In this document: in pieces, positions 19,962 to 26,931 of the stretch | How positions within the stretch are numbered: position 1 is the stretch's first letter | Layout: the number at the start of each line of letters is the position of its first letter | Assembly (NCBI GenBank): GCA_017451525.1 | Contig: JAFTOD010000002.1 | Coordinates: 190,964-254,963 of the forward strand | Length of the DNA: 64,000 nucleotides | Direction: 5' to 3' | Origin: Paludibacteraceae bacterium | Lineage (GTDB): Bacteria > Bacteroidota > Bacteroidia > Bacteroidales > Paludibacteraceae | The notes under the pieces: generated by a model | What the model saw: only the letters and a program-made list of their open reading frames with translations | Told to the model about the DNA's origin: nothing | Databases searched by the model: none | Position numbers and translations under genes: made by a program

Positions 19962-19995
19962 GATGTGATATGTTTATTGTTTGTTTTTCTGTCGA

Positions 19996-21285
19996 TTAAA
20001 ATAGTGATAATTGTTGCTGTCCAAATACTTGATACCCCACGTGACAATTAAAGCATAAATGTGGTTGGCAATAGTTTTGATAGAGGTGTATCAGTGCTTG
20101 TGTGTCGGCTGCGGAGCGAATATCTTGCCCCAGCATAGCCCATTTGCGAATGATTGTGTTATCCTCTTTGGGAATGTTGTCGAGCCATTCGATAGCGTCC
20201 TCTATATGTTGATGTTGGGTATATGCATATTTGTATGGTATCACCGTGTTGATAAGCAGGATTGCTATTGAGTTTTTTCCTAATGGCAATGGGCGTTGTA
20301 CGCGATTGTACACGTCTTCATTATCGTATTGCAAACTCAATAATTCAAACATCTTTTCCGTTGATTGTGCTTCCATCAATTGAGCAAACAGGAATTCCGA
20401 TTGATATATCAAATGTGCGAACTGCCTGATACGTACTTCAGGCGCATTTTGTGGACGCATGCGCGCTCTCTTCCACATGCTTGCTTCTATTGGTTGGAGC
20501 GAGAACTTCTTTTGTAGGAAGCAGTACTCCTCCCATAATCCTTGCTCCTGGCTCCTTGCTCCTTGTTCTTTGTTCCTTGCTCTTGGCTCCAACAACCCCG
20601 ATTGCCCGAGCAGGATAGCAGTCAACTGAAAAAGGCTATTTCTGTGTTTTTGCAAGCATGATAGTGGCGTCGCCAATGCTAATGCTTCAAATGGCAGCCC
20701 GTTGGTGTGAAAACCGAAGTTATGTGCCAAACTGATGTAGAACGCATGCGCCCAGCTCTGCTGCGTGATACCAAGTAGTTGAGTGATGGATTGGCGTTTA
20801 CATTCCAATCGTTGTTCTAATAAATTCTTTTTCCAGTCTTGCGTGAGCAGGGTAGGGTTCTCCAGCAATTGCTTGCCACAATCTGGTATGCCAGACAAGG
20901 ATGCGTGCCATTCTGTGGAGTGAAGCAGTTGCGTGAGATAGTCTTGCCCATGCGGATATTGCAGTTCGCATTGTGGGAGGCGTTCCCCGCGCGTGTTGCA
21001 TACCTCTTTATCTGCTTTGGCTACTACGTGTAAGATGGTGTTGTCGTATGCAGCATCCATATGATGGCGATGCTTATACCAGTCGGAAGCACATACATGT
21101 ATCTCTATGTTTCCCACCCAGTCTTGTCCATCAATGCGAATATGTGCATTGCTGAAATCTGGTCCTGCATGTATGTTGTATTGCCCTACAGACACAACTT
21201 CAACAGGCTTTCCATCTGTTGTTGTTTGCGGAAAACCTGCCCAAATGCGCTTTTGCCATATGTAATGCAGCAGTATTTCTGGCAT
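19996..21285 (-). CDS. DUF2851-family protein
   Basis: The N-terminus LLHYIWQ...GPDFSNAHIRIDG..WVGNIEIH matches my memory of DUF2851. It contains a low-complexity insert (see the repeat at 20540-20590). Confidence 0.75.
   Translation of the reverse strand: MPEILLHYIWQKRIWAGFPQTTTDGKPVEVVSVGQYNIHAGPDFSNAHIRIDGQDWVGNIEIHVCASDWYKHRHHMDAAYDNTILHVVAKADKEVCNTRGERLPQCELQYPHGQDYLTQLLHSTEWHASLSGIPDCGKQLLENPTLLTQDWKKNLLEQRLECKRQSITQLLGITQQSWAHAFYISLAHNFGFHTNGLPFEALALATPLSCLQKHRNSLFQLTAILLGQSGLLEPRARNKEQGARSQEQGLWEEYCFLQKKFSLQPIEASMWKRARMRPQNAPEVRIRQFAHLIYQSEFLFAQLMEAQSTEKMFELLSLQYDNEDVYNRVQRPLPLGKNSIAILLINTVIPYKYAYTQHQHIEDAIEWLDNIPKEDNTIIRKWAMLGQDIRSAADTQALIHLYQNYCQPHLCFNCHVGYQVFGQQQLSLF
20540..20590. 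repeat. CCTTGCT/CCTGGCT-type low-complexity repeat inside the DUF2851 gene
   Basis: CCTTGCTCCTGGCTCCTTGCTCCTTGTTCTTTGTTCCTTGCTCTTGGCTCC encodes ..PRARNKEQGARSQEQG.. on the minus strand. Confidence 0.75.
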
Positions 21286-21303
21286 TGGTTATTTTAATCG
21301 CTG

Positions 21304-21311
21304 CAAAGATA
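21304..21311 (-). promoter_or_regulatory. -7 box (TATCTTTG on the minus strand) for the DUF2851 gene
   Basis: Reverse complement of CAAAGATA, 19 nt upstream of the start. Confidence 0.45.
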
Positions 21312-21395
21312 CTACTTTTTTTTTATTCTACCAAAAAATACCATTTTTTTCTATTCCTATATTTAATTTTCTATCATTTTGTACCTCACTTTCCG

Positions 21396-21430
21396 ATTCT
21401 TAATTCATAATTCAAAATTCTTAATTCTTA
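21396..21430. repeat. AATTC-word repeat (ATTCTTAATTCATAATTCAAAATTCTTAATTCTTA)
   Basis: 21408-21427 is an exact 20-nt inverted copy of 61189-61208. A partial copy lies at 47382-47395. Confidence 0.8.
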
Positions 21431-21450
21431 CCTGTCTTTTCCTTGTCAAT

Positions 21451-21494
21451 TACGTAGGATATACGTACCATATACGTAGGATATACGTAGGATA
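21451..21494. repeat. 4 x 11-bp tandem repeat TACGTAGGATA (second unit is TACGTACCATA)
   Basis: Read directly from the sequence. Each unit contains the palindrome TACGTA, and the period is 11 bp. Confidence 0.9.
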
Positions 21495-21837
21495 ATCGAG
21501 TTGTTAACCTGAGAATACCCTATCTTCTTCTTATCTTCCCCCTGCCATCCCCCTGTCTCTTTCTGCTTCCTTTCTCGTTACCACTTCGAAACCACTTCGT
21601 TGCCACTCCATTGCCATCCAGTACTTTCCCCGTATCCAGCTACCTATCCTCCGCTCGGCTTCCTAATATCCTCCACCTCCAGCGCAGCAACCTACCAACT
21701 ACAGGCGCACAGCGCCGATCTACAGCGAAGCGAACTACCACCTGTCACCCGCCACCTGTTTAGTGCTCGGCGATAACCCGCCGAGCAAAAAAACACAAGA
21801 AAATGCGATTTTTCTTGCACATTTGCAAATTTTTCAC

Positions 21838-21845
21838 TACCTTTG
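21838..21845 (+). promoter_or_regulatory. -7 box (TACCTTTG) driving RNA copy 1 and the LRR gene
   Basis: Matches TAnnTTTG, with TTCTTGC/TTTGC upstream. Confidence 0.6.
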
Positions 21846-21849
21846 CAAC

Positions 21850-22159
21850 CGCAAACCCAAAGTTTGCAGACATATTATTAAAAGCGTTTACTACGGGGTC
21901 CTCATAATTTTAAGCAATGGGGTGTCCTCAGCGCTTGTTTTGGCTTCCTGAAACTTGGAAACTTTCAATCTATCCAAAACAAGAAGGCAGTAAACGCCCT
22001 TATGGGATATGTATATCCCGCCCGCAGAGCGTCCTTCGTGGACTGCTCTGTTTGGTGGCATTTCATATTCGGCGTGGGCGTTGCTTGCTTGTTCTTATAG
22101 ATAAGGTATTCCAAGACCTCAGGAAGAAGAATAAGCAATGGTAAGGTTCCACGCTTTTT
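21850..22159 (+). ncRNA. Candidate structured RNA, copy 1 (leader or sRNA, family unidentified)
   Basis: It starts just after a TACCTTTG -7 box, and the ORFs inside are short and not conserved with copy 2. Hairpins lie at 21851-21867, 22004-22019 and 22025-22050. A stem pairs 22081-22096 with 22124-22138, and the element ends in a T-run at 22155-22159. It is collinear with copy 2, with compensatory helix changes. Confidence 0.5.
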
Positions 22160-22209
22160 CTATATTTACGGGCAGTCAGGAGCCAACTCCCACACAAAAA
22201 CAAACAAGT

Positions 22210-23925
22210 ATGAAACGAATTTTTACTTTCTTTTTTGCGCTATTGAGCGCATGCACATTCTCTACGTATGCAGCCATTATCGATGGCACCTGCGGTGATA
22301 ACCTCACTTGGACACTCAACACCAAGGATAGCACCTTAACGATCTCAGGTACGGGAAATATGACTTACTCCTCACCATGGTTCGATTACAGATCCTACAT
22401 CAAGTATGTCATCCTTCCTGATGGTCTTACGAGTATTGGAGACAATGCGTTCAGTGGTTGCTCTTCTCTCTCCTCTATCACCATCCCTAACAGCGTAACG
22501 AGTATTGGAGATTATGCGTTCATTCATTGCTCTAGTTTGACTTCTGTGACTCTCGGCAATAGCGTAACAAGTATTGGAAAGGAGGCGTTCAAAGATTGCT
22601 CAGGTTTGACTTCCATCACTATTCCTAACAGCGTAACGAGTATTGGAGAGAATGCGTTCTATTATTGCTCTAGTTTGACTTCTGTGACTCTCGGCAACAG
22701 CATAACGACTATTGAATATGGTACGTTCTCTAAATGCTCTAGTTTGACTTCTGTGACTCTCGGCAATAGCGTAACAAGTATTGGAAAGGAGGCGTTCAGA
22801 GATTGCTCAAGTTTGACTTCCATCACTATCCCTAACAGCGTAACGACTATTGGATATAGGGCGTTCCAATATTGCTCAAGTTTGACTTCTGTCACTCTCG
22901 GCAACAGCGTAACAAGTATTGAAGCTGATGCGTTCTATAGGTGCGAAAATTTGACTTCCATTACCATCCCAAACAACGTAACGAGTATTGGAGATTATGC
23001 GTTCAGTGCTTGCTGGAGTTTGACTTCTGTGACTCTCGGCAAAAATCTTACGAGTATTGGATGGGAGGCGTTCCAACATTGCAGCAGCATCCGAGAAGTA
23101 ACTGCTTTCATGCCTACACCACCTGCGGCTGTAAACTGTGGTCTAAATCCCGCTGCTGTAACTCTTTACGTTCCTGCAGAATATCTTGAAGCATATCAAA
23201 ATGCAGTATGGTGGGAAGATTTCAAAAAAATCCGCGCTATTGGTTCGGATTGGGATGTTGAGTTCGTAGATTGGGATGGTACCATCCTTGCTACAATGAA
23301 AGTGCCTAATGGCGAAGCCGCTACCGCACCTGCTGATCCTACTCGCGAGGGATACACTTTCATCGGTTGGGATAAGGACTTCAGCCATGTGACCGACCAC
23401 ATGACTGTCACAGCACAATACCAAATCAACCGCTACCGCGTGCGTTTCTTCGACTACGACAATACGCTCCTCAAGACAGACTCCGTAGAATATCAAGCTG
23501 CTGCTACAGCCCCTGCTAATCCATACCGCGAGGGATATACCTTTATCGGTTGGGATCAAGAGTTTGATTCCATCACAGCGGACTTGGATGTATATGCGCA
23601 ATACGAGTTTGGTGAAGACTGTGACATGACCATCGTCTTTACCAATAGCGAGGATAATGACAGCGAAATTTATAGTCAATCACTCACAATCAAGGTGCCT
23701 GCTGCACCAGATATTGAGGGCTTTACTTTCCTTGGTTGGCAACCAGTGGCTACATTAATCACAGATACTATCACCATCCAAGCAATCTACGAAGCAGACA
23801 TCCCATCATCCGCTCCAGAGGTATATGTCAATCCTGCTAACCCAGCACAAAAACTCCTCCGCAATGGTCAAGTTTACATTCTGCAAGACGGCAAGACCTA
23901 CACCATCACAGGACAGAAGCTATAA
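22210..23925 (+). CDS. BspA-like leucine-rich-repeat surface protein with Listeria-Bacteroides-type repeats and a T9SS-like C-terminal tail
   Basis: Signal peptide MKRIFTFFFALLSACTFSTYA. It has at least 12 LRR units of about 23 aa (IPNSVTSIGxxAFxxCSSLTSV) and three GYTFIGWD-type repeats. The C-terminus is LLRNGQVYILQDGKTYTITGQKL. I prefer ATG 22210 to the longer 22138 model. Confidence 0.85.
   Translation: MKRIFTFFFALLSACTFSTYAAIIDGTCGDNLTWTLNTKDSTLTISGTGNMTYSSPWFDYRSYIKYVILPDGLTSIGDNAFSGCSSLSSITIPNSVTSIGDYAFIHCSSLTSVTLGNSVTSIGKEAFKDCSGLTSITIPNSVTSIGENAFYYCSSLTSVTLGNSITTIEYGTFSKCSSLTSVTLGNSVTSIGKEAFRDCSSLTSITIPNSVTTIGYRAFQYCSSLTSVTLGNSVTSIEADAFYRCENLTSITIPNNVTSIGDYAFSACWSLTSVTLGKNLTSIGWEAFQHCSSIREVTAFMPTPPAAVNCGLNPAAVTLYVPAEYLEAYQNAVWWEDFKKIRAIGSDWDVEFVDWDGTILATMKVPNGEAATAPADPTREGYTFIGWDKDFSHVTDHMTVTAQYQINRYRVRFFDYDNTLLKTDSVEYQAAATAPANPYREGYTFIGWDQEFDSITADLDVYAQYEFGEDCDMTIVFTNSEDNDSEIYSQSLTIKVPAAPDIEGFTFLGWQPVATLITDTITIQAIYEADIPSSAPEVYVNPANPAQKLLRNGQVYILQDGKTYTITGQKL
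22534..22857 (+). repeat. Near-identical intragenic DNA repeats (207-bp period, equal to 3 LRR units) within the LRR gene
   Basis: 22534-22640 and 22741-22847 differ at only a few positions. Confidence 0.85.
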
Positions 23926-23958
23926 CGCCCCTCCCTTGCAGATTATTGTATAACCCAA

Positions 23959-23992
23959 GAGCGACACCCTTTTTGCGGTGCCGCTCTTTTTT
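23959..23992 (+). terminator. Intrinsic terminator after the LRR gene
   Basis: GAGCGACACC-CTTTTTGC-GGTGCCGCTC (one mismatch) followed by T6. Confidence 0.7.
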
Positions 23993-24217
23993 AGGGATTT
24001 AACGGTGCTATTGTTTCTCTGTACTAACGATTCGATTTTGCTGCTAATGGATTCTCGCGCGTGCGCGTCGTATGTGAAAGGTGTAATGTGACAAAATAGG
24101 TATAAATGCCCTAAATTTGCGATTTAAGGGCATGAGAGTAAAAAATCGGGGTTACTGCCAAAATGAAGAAAAATGCAAAAAAACGCTTAAAAATTTGCAC
24201 ATATCAAAAAAATGTTG

Positions 24218-24225
24218 TAATTTTG
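24218..24225 (+). promoter_or_regulatory. -7 box (TAATTTTG) for gyrA
   Basis: Matches TAnnTTTG, about 90 nt upstream of the ATG. The leader contains the TGAAACT repeat and hairpin. Confidence 0.5.
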
Positions 24226-24243
24226 CAGCGTGGAAAAGTGGGG

Positions 24244-24308
24244 CTGAAACTCTGAAACTTTGAAACAAGCGACTAAGTCGCATGAAACCTTGAAACTTTT
24301 AAAACTTT
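24244..24308 (+). repeat. TGAAACT-word repeats flanking a GC hairpin (GCGACTAAGTCGC) in the gyrA leader
   Basis: CTGAAACTCTGAAACTTTGAAACAAGCGACTAAGTCGCATGAAACCTTGAAACTTTTAAAACTTT. Confidence 0.8.
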
Positions 24309-24314
24309 ATATAG

Positions 24315-26873
24315 ATGATTGACAACGACAGAATTATTCCTGTAAAGATTGACGAGGAAATGCGAACCTCGTACATCGATTACTCGATGAGTGTGATTGT
24401 AGCCCGCGCATTGCCTGACGTGCGCGATGGCTTCAAGCCAGTACACCGCCGTGTGCTGTTTGGTATGAACGAGTTGGGCAACACAAGTGACAAGCCAACC
24501 AAGAAATCCGCACGTATCGTGGGTGAGGTAATGGGTAAGTACCACCCTCACGGCGATAGCAGTATCTATGGCACACTGGTGCGTATGGCACAGCCATGGA
24601 ACATGCGCAACGTGTTGGTGGACGGACAAGGTAACTTCGGCTCAATCGACGGCGACGGTGCAGCAGCCATGCGTTATACCGAAGCACGCCTTTCGAAACT
24701 CGCCGAAGAGATGCTTCGCGATATAGACAAAGATACCGTGGATATGCAACTGAACTTCGACGACTCGCTCCGCGAGCCAGTGGTATTGCCATGTCGCTTC
24801 CCTAACCTGCTGGTGAACGGAGCAAGCGGTATCGCAGTAGGTATGGCAACGAACATGCCAACCCACAACTTGGGCGAGGTAATCGACGGTTGCGTGGCAT
24901 ACGTGAAGAACGCAGTGGCGCGTGTGGAGAATCCCGAAGTGGAGCCAATCACCGTGGCGGAGCTCATGGAGCACATCAAAGCGCCTGACTTCCCAACGGG
25001 TGGTACTATCTACGGTTACCAAGGCGTGCGCGACGCGTATGAGACAGGTCGCGGACGTATCATCATCCGTTCGAAAGCAGAAATCGAGACCGAAGACAAC
25101 GGTCGCGAGCGTATCGTGATTGGCGAGTTGCCATATGGTGTGGTGAAGTCTGACCTCGTGAAGAATATCGCTGACCTCGTAAACGATAAGAAGATCGAAG
25201 GTATCTCGGGTATCAGCGACCAATCCAAACGCGATGTGCGTATCATTATCGAAATCAAACGCGATGCTAATGCACAAGTAGTGCTGAATAAACTCTACAA
25301 ATACACCGCACTCCAATCCAGCTTCTCAGTGAACAGCATTGCGCTCGTAAAGGGTCGTCCACAACTCTTGAACCTCCACGACATGGTGGCGAACTTCATC
25401 GAGCACCGTATGGAGGTAGTAGTACGCCGCACAAAGTTCGAACTCAAGAAAGCCGAAGAACGTGCGCATATATTAGAAGGATTGATCATCGCCGTAGATA
25501 ACATCGACGAGGTGGTGAAGATTATCCGTGCAAGCCGTACCCCTGCTGACGCGCAAGCGAACTTGGAGGCACGCTTCAGCTTGGATAACCTGCAATCGAA
25601 AGCCATCGTAGATATGCGCCTCTCACAACTCACAGGTTTGCGTATTGACGAGTTGAAAGAGGAATATGCTAAGTTGCAAGAGTTGATTCAACACTTGAAT
25701 GCGCTGCTCGCAAGCGAGGTGATGCGCTACGAAGTGATTGAAAACGAACTAGTAGAAATAAAAGAGAAGTATGCCGATGAGCGTCGTACACGTATCATCA
25801 AGATGGCTACCGAGTTCAACCCAGAGGATATGTATGCCGACGATGATATGGTCATCACTATCTCTCACTTGGGTTATATCAAACGTACTCCATTGGCAGA
25901 CTTCCGTCAGCAAGGACGTGGTGGTATCGGTGCTAAAGCAGGTGCTGCCCGCGATGAAGACTTTATCGAATACGTACACCAAGCCAATATGCACTCCACC
26001 ATGATGTTCTTCACCGAGCAAGGTCGCCTCTATTGGACAAAGGTATATGAATTGCCAGAGGGCAACCGCCAGTCGAAGGGACGTGCGTTGCAAAACATGA
26101 TCAATATCCAAAAGGGTGACAAGGTTTGCGCATTCATACATGTGAAGAACCTCAGCGATATGGAGTATGTACAAAATCATTACCTCATCTTCGCAACGAA
26201 GAATGGTTTGATGAAGAAGACTACTCTCGAATCCTACAGCCGTCCACGTGCCAATGGTATTATCGCGCTTGGCTTGCGTGAGGATGACCGCTTGATTCGC
26301 GTGACCCTCACCGATGGCAATAGTCAAATGTTGGTGGCTTCGTACAATGGTAAAGTGGTTCGCTTCCCAGAAGACACCGTTCGCCCAATGGGTCGTACCG
26401 CAACAGGTGTGCGTGCTATCAAATTGGACGAAGATGGCAAGGATCGCGTGATTGGTATGATTTGCGTAGAGCAAGGTAGCAAAGACTCTGTCCTCGTCAT
26501 CTCTGAAAAGGGCTTTGGCAAGCGCACATTGCTTGACGATGAGAATGGCGAACCAATCTATCGTATCACCAACCGTGGCGGTAAGGGCGTGAAGACTATG
26601 AATATCACCGATAAGACGGGCAACCTGATAGGTCTTGAGGCTGTTAACGATGATATGGATCTCATGCTTATCACCAAGGCGGGTACTGCTATCCGTATGG
26701 CAATGGATGCAATTAGTGTACTTGGTCGCGCTACACAAGGTGTGAAACTTATTGAACTTCAAAAGCGCAACGATACGCTCATGTTCGGTTGCACCGTACC
26801 AAAAGAGGAGCAAGAGGAAGTGGCTGAATCCGAAGAAGTAACAACTGAAGAAACGACCACTACCGAAGAGTAA
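24315..26873 (+). CDS. gyrA: DNA gyrase subunit A
   Basis: YIDYSMSVIVARALPDVRDGFKPVHRRVL, AAMRYTEARL (active-site Tyr region) and a C-terminal beta-pinwheel. It ends in an acidic tail. Confidence 0.98.
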   Translation: MIDNDRIIPVKIDEEMRTSYIDYSMSVIVARALPDVRDGFKPVHRRVLFGMNELGNTSDKPTKKSARIVGEVMGKYHPHGDSSIYGTLVRMAQPWNMRNVLVDGQGNFGSIDGDGAAAMRYTEARLSKLAEEMLRDIDKDTVDMQLNFDDSLREPVVLPCRFPNLLVNGASGIAVGMATNMPTHNLGEVIDGCVAYVKNAVARVENPEVEPITVAELMEHIKAPDFPTGGTIYGYQGVRDAYETGRGRIIIRSKAEIETEDNGRERIVIGELPYGVVKSDLVKNIADLVNDKKIEGISGISDQSKRDVRIIIEIKRDANAQVVLNKLYKYTALQSSFSVNSIALVKGRPQLLNLHDMVANFIEHRMEVVVRRTKFELKKAEERAHILEGLIIAVDNIDEVVKIIRASRTPADAQANLEARFSLDNLQSKAIVDMRLSQLTGLRIDELKEEYAKLQELIQHLNALLASEVMRYEVIENELVEIKEKYADERRTRIIKMATEFNPEDMYADDDMVITISHLGYIKRTPLADFRQQGRGGIGAKAGAARDEDFIEYVHQANMHSTMMFFTEQGRLYWTKVYELPEGNRQSKGRALQNMINIQKGDKVCAFIHVKNLSDMEYVQNHYLIFATKNGLMKKTTLESYSRPRANGIIALGLREDDRLIRVTLTDGNSQMLVASYNGKVVRFPEDTVRPMGRTATGVRAIKLDEDGKDRVIGMICVEQGSKDSVLVISEKGFGKRTLLDDENGEPIYRITNRGGKGVKTMNITDKTGNLIGLEAVNDDMDLMLITKAGTAIRMAMDAISVLGRATQGVKLIELQKRNDTLMFGCTVPKEEQEEVAESEEVTTEETTTTEE

Positions 26874-26897
26874 TATGAACCAAGCGCCAACGGCGCG

Positions 26898-26924
26898 TGA
26901 AACTTTGAAACTTTTTAAACTTTT
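26898..26924 (+). repeat. TGAAACT-word repeat between gyrA and the TPR gene
   Basis: TGAAACTTTGAAACTTTTTAAACTTTT. Confidence 0.75.
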
Positions 26925-26931
26925 AATAAAT

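Noticed and set aside
21763-22144. Two short ORFs (62 and 75 aa) inside RNA copy 1
   Set aside because: Copy 2 has no corresponding ORF of 60 aa or more. Conservation between the copies follows base-pairing rather than codon structure, and one of the ORFs spans the promoter.
22138-22209. N-terminal extension of the LRR gene in the ORF track. The same issue affects the long models starting at 53523, 49482, 26875, 7240, 48222, 51040, 30472, 12504, 11592 and 60043.
   Set aside because: In each case an internal ATG is followed at once by a signal peptide or by the conserved N-terminus. The extension either overlaps a -7 promoter box, translates repeat DNA, or overlaps the RNA element.
24106-24134. 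Hairpin ATGCCCTAAATTTGCGATTTAAGGGCAT upstream of the gyrA promoter, considered as a possible sRNA or terminator
   Set aside because: It is an isolated imperfect stem with no adjacent U-tract and no promoter, and there is no second copy to support conservation.
26800-26873. Acidic E/T-rich C-terminal tail of GyrA as a repeat insertion
   Set aside because: Acidic C-terminal tails are a known feature of GyrA proteins, and the DNA here is not built from the dispersed word families.
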